Assembly (NCBI GenBank): GCA_025463515.1
Contig: JAODAQ010000053.1
Span: 62,735 to 126,734, forward strand
Length of the DNA: 64,000 bases
Direction of reading: 5' to 3'
DNA from: Rhodoglobus sp.
GTDB taxonomy: Bacteria > Actinomycetota > Actinomycetes > Actinomycetales > Microbacteriaceae
Made by a program: the position numbers and the translations under genes. Positions 30,157-40,000 of this stretch are shown piece by piece; within the stretch, counting starts at the first letter, position 1, and every line of letters starts with the position of its first letter. A model generated the notes under the pieces. That model saw nothing but the letters and a program-made list of their open reading frames with translations, ran no database searches and was not told the DNA's origin.

Positions 30157-33100
30157 TCTCGCAGTCAGGATTCCAACCCGAATCGAGTCCCACTTGTTCA
30201 GTCTTTGTTGCTTTTTCTGTCCCAACAACGAGTTCGAGGCGCGGACGCTAGACGACTCTTGTGCCAGTTGCGGGCGCCAGTACGACTATCCCCTTGCGCA
30301 TGCGCCGGAACGGATCGGGACCTACGAAATCGTCAAGCCGCTTTCTCGCGGCTTTTATGCGGCAACTTTCGTGGCAAAGTATGGACAGCTAGGCAACCTT
30401 GTCGTGCTCAAGGTAGCGCCAGTCGACCTCTATAGGTTCTTTGGGAAAGACTTTCCAGCAGAGTGCACACGCCACCAAGAAGTAGCTGATGGCAGTGAAC
30501 ACTTGGTTCAGATTCGGGACTATCTCGACGTGGACGTCGACTTTGGCGATGCGACCCTGCGTTGCCATGTCGCGGTCCTGGACTACGTCAAGGGAGACCC
30601 CTTCGATGAGTTCCTCGATTCAGCGCCGTCCTTGGAATCGCTCGGCCAAGTCGCCATCGACCTCCTGCAGCTTCTGCAGGAGCTGAAGGATGCGCGCTTC
30701 TATCACAACGACCTGCACGACCAGAACATCCTCGTCCAGTCCCTATCCGGAAGCGCTCGACGACACGGTGCTCTCGACCCGTCTATCCGCGCGATTGCGA
30801 TCGATCTTGGTTCGACCGCGTCTGTCGATCGACAGGACCAGCAACATCTCGGTGATCTCCAGGCAGTTGTTATGCATCTTTTCGGGATCGCCCAAACGGT
30901 CCTAGAGTCGGCCACCATCGACACCTCGGAATATCGGATCGCTTATGCGATCGACGAAGTAAGTCACATGTTGTCACCGGACCGTGCAAGTCAGCGAGAT
31001 CCAGATTTCGATGGGGCGATAAGAAGGATTCGAGCTGGCTTGGATCCTGCGCGAAGTGGATGGTCAACGCCGCAGGTTCTTCAGCGGTTTGACGATTCTT
31101 ACAACGCTCAAACACTTCACCCTTGGCTATTGCCGCGCCTGCTAGTCGACCCGGAGGGGGAGTGGCTCGCAAGCGTGAGTGTTCGGGGTCCTCAGCTGAT
31201 TACGGGCATGCGTGGTTGCGGAAAGACGATGCTTCTTCGCGCGATGGACATTCACGCGCGCATCATCCAGCACGAGATTGACAGCAAACCGTCCATCGCG
31301 GACGCGCTTCAACACGACGGCTACGTGGGGCTGTACGTCTCGTGTACGCGTCTTCTTGACCCCCTCGGACAGGTCGGAAGCGCTATGCATGAGCCGTACG
31401 CGCGACTCCTTGTCGCGTACGCCCGCGAGGCATGTGCAGGACTTCAACACATCGATGACCGTCAACCTGGCGCGATCCGGGACGACGCGGCATCGGAGAT
31501 TGGCGACGTTTGTGCGTCCGCCCTCAACGGGGCTGACCTGTTGCGTGGTGCGAGCAGTCTCACGGAACTCGAGCAGAGATTGCAGCGAGTTCTCAGCTCG
31601 TTGGATCGGGGCGAGTTGACCTTCAAGATGCTCAAGAATCCTGCGATCGCTTTTCCGCAGCTAGGCGAAGCTGTCATAGCTGCCGTCCCTGGTCTATATG
31701 GCAGCCAAGTCCTGTTCTTGCTCGACGACGTGTCTACGCGGCACGTCTCAAAGGAAGACGTCGATGAACTGATTTCGGCGCTTCTATTCAGCCATCCAGG
31801 ATCAGCCTTCAAGATGACGACGGAAGCACAGACATTTCTTCGTTCCCCCGGTCAAATCGAGATAGCTAGATCCGGTCGCGACTACCAAACGTTCGATCTC
31901 GGGGCCGAGGTGAACGCGAAGCTGAGAGACAAGAACTCGTCGGAAGGGCTCGCATTCGTGAGCCAGATCCTTGAGAATCGCGCGGAGCATTTTGGCTTGC
32001 ATCCGACCCATAAGCCCATGCAGCTGTTGGGTGACGCAACGCTCGAATCCATCGCCCAGAACATAGTTTCCACTTCCAAAACATCACGTGAAAAGAAGTC
32101 CATCTACCGGGGACTTTCGGCTCTTAGGGCTGTTTGCGTCGGCGACATCGGCGACGTCATTAGTATTTACGACCTGATGCTTTCGAAGGCTCGCGATCGC
32201 AGGGAGATGCCCATTGCCGCCGCTACCCAATCCGAGGCGCTCCAAGAGTTTTGCGCGCGCCGGTTGTATCAGGTGAACAGACGTGACGGTCGCTTGAAAG
32301 ACTTCGCCCTGTCCTTTGCTGGTGCTGCTCATGAACTGCTCGTTCGATCCTCGGCGAACGGTGGACGACTGCGGCAGTACAACTCGATCTACGTTCGGCT
32401 GTCCCCCGATGCAACCTCGACGCAATATGAGCAGATCCGCCAACTTGTGGACGCTGGAGTTTTTGTACTGCGCGGTGGCACAGAGACCCCGCGCACAAAG
32501 TCGCGGGATCGCGATCCGATGCAGCAGTTCGCATTGACCTTCCGTAAGCTATTCGGACTCTCAAGCTTCATCGGCCTGGCGGAGCGCGACCGCTTTGAGC
32601 TGTCGGGGCCTGAGTTGGCCGAGTGGCTAGACTCCCCGTCGCGGGGGAGGGAGATACTGTTGCGCAACCTGGGAGGAGATGTTGACTCCGTTGCGAACGA
32701 CGAGGAATCCGGAATCGAGGTGACCCTGAACTCGTCGCCACTTGCCCTTACTGATCGCCCATCAGAGTTGAGTTACCCCGCCGAATCGATACCTTCGCCA
32801 CCCCAGAATCCTCCGGCAGATCCCTTCCTGGACGGACACCGTCCGTCGGGATGGACTCTCTCCGATGCACAGCTGGAGGAGCAACCCATTGAACACGTCG
32901 TTTTGGGACTTGGATTTGAGGAGCGCGCACTCGACTCAGCCAAGGAGCTGCTGGAAAGGACCCGGCCCAGCAGCGCAACATTGGTTAGGTATGAGTTGCA
33001 GGGCTTGGGCGCTGAGATCGAGAAGTTGGTGCGATCAAAAGTTGGCCATGTCGAAGTCATTGACTACGCTGCTGCTTCTGGGAGGACGTGGACTCCGCGC

Positions 33101-33790
33101 TTCGACGGTCTGACCCTTGTCGATGCAAGCGGCCTCGCAAAAGGGGCTTTGTTCAGGGCTGTTTTGGAAGCACTCAAGACGGGATCAGTAGTTGTCTCTT
33201 CGACTAGCGCACAGCACTACTATCCTGCGGACAAAGAGATCGAGGAGGTGCTCTCCGCCAGCAACGATGACTCGTTCGAATTGGTCCAGCGCTTGAACGA
33301 CCTCTGGTCAGGAGAGCAAGGCCCCTACACCTCTACGGAGCTACTTGGGAGGCTTTCTGATGGTTCCAAGCCACGTGTACTAGTTGCGGCTTCTTCGGCA
33401 AAGCCCGAGCGCCTTCTTTCGCTGCTTGAGGCTCGCGAATCAGACCACGTTGCTCTATCAGTCACGACCGCCAACAGCTCTCGTGGGGATTTGGCGAGGC
33501 TGGCAGCGGCGGTTGCCGTTCCCGACAGTCAAGCGGAGACAATTGATGCCAATGACCCATTGCAAGAACTCGAGTTCATAGCCCGCCAGTTCGCCATATA
33601 TTCGCCGAAGAGCGGATTCGAACTTGAGGTTGGTCTCACCGGTTCGAAAATGCAAACGGTTGCTTGCGCCGTTGCTGCAGCATGCCTTCCCTTGACCAAG
33701 GCCTGGTATACATCGCCGGCAGTCTTCGATCCGATCCGATTTAGCTCCGGGGTTGGGTCACGTCGTACGTATTTGTTCCGGATTGGCTAA
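30119..33790 (+). CDS. Large multidomain protein: Zn-ribbon + protein-kinase-like + P-loop NTPase + tandem Rossmann-like C-terminus
   Basis: 1223-aa ORF. CxxC...CxxC at aa 31-51. Kinase-like [16 protein letters not shown] and IDLGS. Walker A GMRGCGKT (31205-31228) and Walker B VLFLLDD (31709-31729). Start uncertain: GTG 30119 overlaps gpmA by 38 nt; the alternative is TTG 30194. Confidence 0.8.
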   Translation: MLRPWRRRGPRSSLAVRIPTRIESHLFSLCCFFCPNNEFEARTLDDSCASCGRQYDYPLAHAPERIGTYEIVKPLSRGFYAATFVAKYGQLGNLVVLKVAPVDLYRFFGKDFPAECTRHQEVADGSEHLVQIRDYLDVDVDFGDATLRCHVAVLDYVKGDPFDEFLDSAPSLESLGQVAIDLLQLLQELKDARFYHNDLHDQNILVQSLSGSARRHGALDPSIRAIAIDLGSTASVDRQDQQHLGDLQAVVMHLFGIAQTVLESATIDTSEYRIAYAIDEVSHMLSPDRASQRDPDFDGAIRRIRAGLDPARSGWSTPQVLQRFDDSYNAQTLHPWLLPRLLVDPEGEWLASVSVRGPQLITGMRGCGKTMLLRAMDIHARIIQHEIDSKPSIADALQHDGYVGLYVSCTRLLDPLGQVGSAMHEPYARLLVAYAREACAGLQHIDDRQPGAIRDDAASEIGDVCASALNGADLLRGASSLTELEQRLQRVLSSLDRGELTFKMLKNPAIAFPQLGEAVIAAVPGLYGSQVLFLLDDVSTRHVSKEDVDELISALLFSHPGSAFKMTTEAQTFLRSPGQIEIARSGRDYQTFDLGAEVNAKLRDKNSSEGLAFVSQILENRAEHFGLHPTHKPMQLLGDATLESIAQNIVSTSKTSREKKSIYRGLSALRAVCVGDIGDVISIYDLMLSKARDRREMPIAAATQSEALQEFCARRLYQVNRRDGRLKDFALSFAGAAHELLVRSSANGGRLRQYNSIYVRLSPDATSTQYEQIRQLVDAGVFVLRGGTETPRTKSRDRDPMQQFALTFRKLFGLSSFIGLAERDRFELSGPELAEWLDSPSRGREILLRNLGGDVDSVANDEESGIEVTLNSSPLALTDRPSELSYPAESIPSPPQNPPADPFLDGHRPSGWTLSDAQLEEQPIEHVVLGLGFEERALDSAKELLERTRPSSATLVRYELQGLGAEIEKLVRSKVGHVEVIDYAAASGRTWTPRFDGLTLVDASGLAKGALFRAVLEALKTGSVVVSSTSAQHYYPADKEIEEVLSASNDDSFELVQRLNDLWSGEQGPYTSTELLGRLSDGSKPRVLVAASSAKPERLLSLLEARESDHVALSVTTANSSRGDLARLAAAVAVPDSQAETIDANDPLQELEFIARQFAIYSPKSGFELEVGLTGSKMQTVACAVAAACLPLTKAWYTSPAVFDPIRFSSGVGSRRTYLFRIG

Positions 33791-33888
33791 AGGCGCAGCG
33801 CTTTTCTCGCCGTGCAAATGACCCTATTGGTTGAGACTTAGTCGCGGCAGGCGTCCAGTACTCTGGCTTGACTGATCCTGGGAGTGCA

Positions 33889-35523
33889 ATGTCTGAGTTG
33901 GAACCGCTCATTCTGACCTTCGACCCGCAGACCGTGGACCATCTGGGCGCGAAGATGTACTCACATCTACCGAATGCGCTCGCGGAACTTGTCGCAAACT
34001 CTTACGACGCGGATGCCAAACACGTTCGTGTCGTCGTCGAAGGCAATGGCTCCATCTCGATCACGGATGACGGGCATGGAATGTCCAGGGAGGACGTACG
34101 GGAGAAGTACTTGCACATCGGCAGGAATCGTCGCACTGATGAGAGTGGCCTAACGGAGAGCGGCCGTCGCCAAGTGTCCGGGAAAAAGGGTCTTGGCAAG
34201 TTGGCGCTTTTCGGAATCGGCAAACGAGTCGAGTTGAAGACGACTCGAGCTGGCTCTTCTGCCCGAACACAGATAGTTCTCGACTATGACGAGATGAAGC
34301 AATCCACTGGGCCGTACCGGCCAACAGAAACGCAAGCTTCGATCTTGGAAGGTAGGCATGGAACCGTCGTGCGACTGAGTCAGCTCAAGAGATCCAGTGC
34401 GGTTTCCGCGGCGAGCGTGGCCAGAAGCCTTGCGCGACTATTCAATTATGTTGACGAGGAATTCGAAGTAACGATCGTTGGTCCGGAAGGGACCGAGTAT
34501 CGAGTCACGCCCGAGTCACGACTTGATGCAATCGAAGTGGAGTTCAGCTGGACCTTTCCAGACGACGGCGGCGTCGACAATCCTGACTTGAGGGATCTTG
34601 GTGTGGGTGGTCGTGTCGTATCAACGCCCAAACCAGTTCCACAGTCAATTCGCGGCATAGCACTTTATGTGAACGGACGTCTGGCGAATGAAGCTGACTA
34701 CTTCGACTCCTCGGCGTCTAGCTATGCGTACTCGTACTTGTCTGGATATCTGAACGTCGATTATCTAGACCGTCTCGAGCCTGATGTGATCGCGACGGAC
34801 CGAAGAGCCCTTGACTGGGGGCGCGACGAGACCATTGACCTTCGTGTGAAGCTGACCGACTTTGTTACCTGGATAGCGGGTGACTGGCGCCGCCGGCGCC
34901 GCGAAGCTAGCGCTGTGCGAGCCACGGAGGTATTGGGTGGCTCGACGGAAGAGTGGGTTTCCTCCATCAAGACTGAGGAAGGTGCTGTCGTCCGCGAACT
35001 TGTGGAGGCAATCGCGTCAGAAGAAGTCGAGATATCCGCCGAGCAACAGGGCGCGCTACTTTCCCTCATGAAACGCGCGGTGCCACCGCACGCCGAGTAC
35101 ACCTGGCGCCACCTACACCCTTCGATCCAGGACGCTACGCGTGACCGCTACCTAATAGACGATTTTTACGGTGCCGTCCAGGAAGGCATTAAGCGATACG
35201 TGAACGCCGCGCGCGATAAGTCGGGTGTTCCTCACGATGAAGCCACCAAGATCGTGGTGAACGCATTTGGCGAGAGTGGACGACTCCACGTTTTCCAACG
35301 CTTCACGGAGAGTTTCTCTGAGGCGACAGCAAAGAATGTCGAGGAAGGGCAGAAGCACGTTTCCATGGGAATCGTGGCTGGCTTCAGAAATCCGATGGCA
35401 CACGAAGAAGTGCTTCGATTGCATGAGAGCGGCGCATTCACGTTCGACGACTGCTTAGATGCGCTCAGCATTGTTTCGCACCTCATGCGGCGACTCGACG
35501 AGGCCGAACTGATTGTCGAGTAA
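33889..35523 (+). CDS. GHKL (MORC/MutL-like, HATPase_c_3-type) ATPase fused to a TIGR02391/Hypoth_Ymh-like C-terminal domain
   Basis: Bergerat motifs: N box ELVANSYDA, G1 DDGHGM, G2 GKKGLGKLALFG. C-terminus has HPSI...FYGAVQEGIKRY...GFRNPMAHE (R-x4-H). ATG 33889 is preceded by GGGAG; the track ORF starts at TTG 33868. Confidence 0.8.
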   Translation: MSELEPLILTFDPQTVDHLGAKMYSHLPNALAELVANSYDADAKHVRVVVEGNGSISITDDGHGMSREDVREKYLHIGRNRRTDESGLTESGRRQVSGKKGLGKLALFGIGKRVELKTTRAGSSARTQIVLDYDEMKQSTGPYRPTETQASILEGRHGTVVRLSQLKRSSAVSAASVARSLARLFNYVDEEFEVTIVGPEGTEYRVTPESRLDAIEVEFSWTFPDDGGVDNPDLRDLGVGGRVVSTPKPVPQSIRGIALYVNGRLANEADYFDSSASSYAYSYLSGYLNVDYLDRLEPDVIATDRRALDWGRDETIDLRVKLTDFVTWIAGDWRRRRREASAVRATEVLGGSTEEWVSSIKTEEGAVVRELVEAIASEEVEISAEQQGALLSLMKRAVPPHAEYTWRHLHPSIQDATRDRYLIDDFYGAVQEGIKRYVNAARDKSGVPHDEATKIVVNAFGESGRLHVFQRFTESFSEATAKNVEEGQKHVSMGIVAGFRNPMAHEEVLRLHESGAFTFDDCLDALSIVSHLMRRLDEAELIVE

Positions 35524-35533
35524 TCCCACGTAG

Positions 35534-36607
35534 TTACAGCGCCTTAGCAAGAGAGCGACCGATCGCGGCACCAAGAGGGATTGGAACCGCATTGCCAATT
35601 TGGCGGGCTATTGCTGTTTTGGACCCCACAAAGCGATGAGATGGCGGAAAGCCCTGAAGAGTCGCGGCTTCATAATGTGTGATCGCCCGGTTGGCCGTGG
35701 GGTGCAAATAGCGGCCCTTTTCTGGTTTGAAGAACTCGGTCCTGATGGTGACCGAAGGCTTGTCTAGACGAAGCCTCCCCATGACGTCTCCCGAACCAGA
35801 ATTGTGATTAACCCAACAAGGTGCAAGAAGGTGCGGTGGGAGATTCTTCCGATTCCCTCCCGGAGGTATCTCTTTGAACCTAGCGCGCGAAAGTGATGAA
35901 TAGTTGCGCCCAAGATGGAGCTCATCTGCGGTGAACGAGCCTTCGAACGTGTGCCCGTCGAACTCATACTTTCGCCCCTGCGGGAGTTCCACACCATTCA
36001 CTTCGTGAGGAATCCCTGCGAAAGCTTCGGCAACATTGATGTGATTGCCAAAATGTGTCAATTCAGGGAATCCAGGAAACTCAAGGTCACGGTGGTGACC
36101 GATCAAGACGGCGCGTTTTCGGGCTTGGGGAGCACCGAAATCCGCGGCATTGAAAATTCTGTGCTGGAAGTCGTAGTCCTTCAGGAACCCATTCGTGACC
36201 GCTGCTTGAAACTGCTCAAATTGCGGCGACTTCGCGAATGCGGCCACGTTCTCGACGACGAAATACTTCGGCTTGGTTGCGAGGATGGCGTGCCCGTATT
36301 GCTCCCAAAGGGAGTTTCGCTCGTCTTCTACTTCTCGCTTGCCAAGAGTCGAGAAGCCTTGACATGGCGGCCCTCCGACTATGACATCCACGTGGGTTGG
36401 GACATCCCCTGATCTGAGCCAGTCTTGGATCGGAAGCGCTTGTACGATCCCTTGTCCGAATGTCGCCTCATAGCTGGCCGCGGCCGAGCGGTCCCATTCA
36501 ACTGCGGCAATGGACTTGAATCTGGAGGAGGCGGCATGCAGGCCAGCGGTCATGCCGCCTGCTCCAGCGAAGAGATCGAGCACTCGAATAGCGGAATGAG
36601 AGCCCAT
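35534..36607 (-). CDS. dcm: DNA (cytosine-5)-methyltransferase
   Basis: Motif I DLFAGAGG, motif IV GGPPCQGFS, motif VI VVENV, motif X RQIGNAVP. Convergent with the GHKL gene across a 10-nt gap. Confidence 0.9.
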   Translation of the reverse strand: MGSHSAIRVLDLFAGAGGMTAGLHAASSRFKSIAAVEWDRSAAASYEATFGQGIVQALPIQDWLRSGDVPTHVDVIVGGPPCQGFSTLGKREVEDERNSLWEQYGHAILATKPKYFVVENVAAFAKSPQFEQFQAAVTNGFLKDYDFQHRIFNAADFGAPQARKRAVLIGHHRDLEFPGFPELTHFGNHINVAEAFAGIPHEVNGVELPQGRKYEFDGHTFEGSFTADELHLGRNYSSLSRARFKEIPPGGNRKNLPPHLLAPCWVNHNSGSGDVMGRLRLDKPSVTIRTEFFKPEKGRYLHPTANRAITHYEAATLQGFPPSHRFVGSKTAIARQIGNAVPIPLGAAIGRSLAKAL

Positions 36608-37028
36608 GTATTAGGAGTGTAGCCGGCATGAGAGGTCCCTGGGGACATAATGCGAATCGCGTCTACAAACAGTGACTAGCCCAAAGCGTAGGGCAGCGCG
36701 TCATGCGCGTCGAGAGCCCATTTTCCTGCTTCGTGACAAAACTACGGAGGTCGTTGAACCTACCGGAAGGTGCGAGCTGGCCTGGGATAGTCGCCAGCTG
36801 TGCGCCCCGACCTGGGTGTAAAGGTGTGGACGCGCAGGAGCTACGGTCGTCCGTCGGCACGCCGCAAGCATGGTGCGCGGCCGCCCGCCGTCGGCGAACC
36901 GCGCCGCCGCCCCGATGATGCGGTCCGGGGTGGGGAAGCGTTGGGCGCCCATGTCCTGATCCTCCTGATCGATGAGGGCGACTGCGGTCTGTCCGAACGA
37001 TGACGCCGGCTGCCGATACCCTGACCCC

Positions 37029-40000
37029 ATGTTCCTGCTCGATGGCACGGTCGTCACGAGCCCGAGCGACCTCACCACCGCCGCGCACTGCGAGTTCGCG
37101 TTCGCCCGGCAGCTCGACGCGAAGCTCGGGCTCATCGAGATCGAGCGGGTGCCGCGCGATCCGCTCGAGGCCAGGGCCGCAGAGCTCGGGGACGAGCACG
37201 AGAACCGGTGGCTCGAGTACTACCGGGCGAACAAGAGTGTTGTCGAGATCGAGCGGCCGAGCATCCGGCGCGATGCACTGAGAGAAGCCGCCAAAAAGAC
37301 GGAAGAAGCGTTCCGCAACCAAGCAGAGGTCGTATTTCAGGCCACATTCTTCGACGAGTCAGACCCCACCGCACCGATGATCGGGTTCGCCGACTTCATC
37401 GTGCGGCAGCCCGACGGGCGGTATCGGGTACAGGATACGAAGCTGGCGCGGTCCGTGAAGGTGACGGCGCTGCTGCAGCTCGCGGCGTACTACGACCAGC
37501 TCGTGCGGCTGAACGTGCCGGCGGATGAGACCGTCGAGCTGATCCTCGGGACCGATGAGGTGGTGCCGCAGGACGTGAACGACATCCTCCCGGTGTACCG
37601 GAAGCGCAAAGCGCGGCTACACCAGATCGTGGCCGAGCGAGCGGCGGCGACGCAGGCAGCGCAGTGGGGCGACCGCCGGTACTCCGTCGACGGGCGGTGT
37701 GAGTTCTGTGAGCCGGAGGTGGAGGCATCCCGAGACCTGTTGCTTGTCGCCGGGATGCGGCTGGCTCAGCGGGCGAAGTTGATTGAGGCGGGCATCGTCA
37801 CCATCGACGACCTCGCAGTCTCAGAGGATGCGCCGGCCGGTCCCAGGCAGCAGGCCGCGCTGCAGCTGCAGGCGACAGGGCCGATCCCGCCGTTCGTCAT
37901 GTTCGCGCCCGAGCTCATCGGGCACCTGCCCGAGCCCGACCCGGGCGACATCTTCTTCGACTTCGAGGGCGACCCGCTCTACCGCGAGGAGCACACCTGG
38001 GGCCTCGACTACCTGTGGGGGCTCGTCGATCGCGATGAGACGTTCACCGCGTTCTGGGCACACGACTTCGAGGCCGAGCGAAAAGCACTGGAGCAGTTCC
38101 TGGCGTGGGTGACGGAGCGGCGCAAGCAGTACCCGAACATGCACATCTACCACTACGCCTCCTACGAGCGCACCCACCTGCTCACCATCTCCGCGCGGCA
38201 CGGCGTCGGCGAGCACATCGTCGACGGCCTGCTGCGGGATAACGTGCTCGTCGACCTGTATCCGCTGGTGAAGAAGACCGTGCGGGTGGGCGGCCGCTCG
38301 TACTCGATCAAGAAACTCGAGCCGCTGTACATGGGGGAGGAGCTGCGGGAGAGCGAGGTCGCGAACGCCGCGGCATCCATCGAGCAGTACGACCTCGCGA
38401 TGCGGTCGGAGCCCGCCGAACAAACCAGGCTGCTCGAGACGATCGCCGACTACAACCGGTACGACTGCGTCTCCACGCTGCGGTTGCACGAGTGGCTGCT
38501 GGCCCGGGCGAGCGAGTTGGGCGTGCAGCCCGGCATGTACGCCGAGCCTGTGGAGGAGCGGCTGCCGTTCGAGCCGAGCATCCTGGCCGGGCAGCTGCTG
38601 GCGCTGGAGGACGGGTCCGGCGCCTTCGCGCTCGCCTCCGCCGCCGTCGACTACCACCGCCGCGAGAACAAGAGCTTCTGGTGGGAGCACTTCGCCCGCC
38701 TCGAATACCCGGTCGAAGAATGGCAGGATGCCCGGGGCGTATTCCTCGTCACGAGCGGCGAGGTCGTGTCCGAGTGGTTCACCAAGACCTCGGCGAGCTA
38801 CCGGACGGTAAAGCTCCGCGGCGAGTGGGCCCCCGGCAGCGCCACCTCCACCGGCGAGGCGTTCACGCTCTACGACCCGCCCGGCCCCTACCGCGACCCC
38901 CGCATCGGCGGCGGGCTGCGCCTGCCCGTCAACGCCTCCAGCGTGTTCCCCGACGAGGACGACCCCGACGTCGTCTACGTCACCGAGCGCTGCCCCGGCG
39001 GCCAAGAGCCATGGGCCCGGATGCCGCTGGCCATAGCCCCCGGACCGCCTCCCCGCGCCGCCTCCCTCGACCAGGCCATCGAGACCGTGGGCGCGCGGCT
39101 GTGCGAGGATCCGTGGCCGAAGTCCTCGATCGGCGACATCCTGCGGCGCACCCCGTCGCGCACGAAGTCGGGCGTGCTGAGCCCGGCCAACGGCGACGTG
39201 CGAGCGGCCGTTGTCACGAGCATCCTCGATCTCGATGATTCGTACCTCGCCGTGCAGGGCCCGCCCGGTACCGGCAAGACCACCCTCGCCGCCACCGTGA
39301 TCACGACGCTCGTGCGCGACCACGGCTGGCGCGTCGGCGTCGTCGCGCAGTCGCACAAGGTGGTCGAGAACGTGCTGCGCGCGGTGGTGAAGGCCGGGCT
39401 CGACCCCGACCGGGTCGCGAAGGCCCCGCCGACCGGCGGCAGCTACTCCGACGAGCCCTTCTTCGAGCTGCAGAAAGACACGCACCAGCTGTTCGCGCAG
39501 CGCAAGCACACCGGCTATGTCATGGGCGGCACCGCCTGGGACATGACCAACACCAAGCGCGTCGGCCGCCTCCAGTTCGACCTGCTCGTGATCGACGAGG
39601 CCGGCCAGTTCTCGCTCGCCGCGACCGCCGCCGTGAGCGTGAGTGCGCGCAATCTGCTCCTGCTCGGCGACCCGCAGCAGCTGCCGCAGGTGAGCCAGGG
39701 CACCCACCCGGCGCCGGTCGACCAGTCCGCGCTCGGGTTCATTGCCGACGGCCACGCGGTGCTGCCGCGCGAGTACGGCTACTTCCTCGCCAAGAGCTGG
39801 CGCATGCACTCCGCGATCACGGCGCCCGTCTCCGCCCTGGCCTACGACGGCGCCCTCCGTTCAGCCCCCAGCGCAGACGCCCGGATGCTCGTAGGCGTCG
39901 CTCCCGGACTCCATCCCCTCCCCGTGGCGCACCACGGCAACGCCACCCACTCCGTCGAAGAGGCGGCTCATGTCGTCGCCCTCGTGGAAGCGCACCTCGG

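Larger units (their letters stand above)
30157..36800. other. Low-GC genomic island (candidate defence island), no mobility genes
   Basis: Sampled 60-nt lines inside are 45-55% GC, against 63-75% in the flanks. The drop starts at the gpmA stop and recovers around 36780-36840. Confidence 0.65.

Noticed and set aside
30119-30193. Confident use of GTG 30119 as the start of the giant gene (38-nt overlap with gpmA).
   Set aside because: Neither GTG 30119 nor TTG 30194 has a convincing SD site. The sequence alone cannot decide. The longest ORF is reported, with the ambiguity stated.
30157-36800. Prophage, IS element or integrative element explanation for the low-GC island.
   Set aside because: No integrase, transposase, phage structural gene or flanking tRNA is present, and I found no terminal repeats by eye. 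The nearest tRNA (Lys, 8481..8553) is 21 kb away.
36628-37322. Small or odd ORFs in the dcm-helicase gap: a 15-aa ORF at 36628..36675 with an upstream AGGAG, and the minus-strand ORFs 36663..37322 and 36701..37135.
   Set aside because: The 15-aa ORF is too short to support. The minus-strand ORFs are Arg/Pro-rich, overlap the helicase gene start, and span the GC transition. They are probably non-coding.
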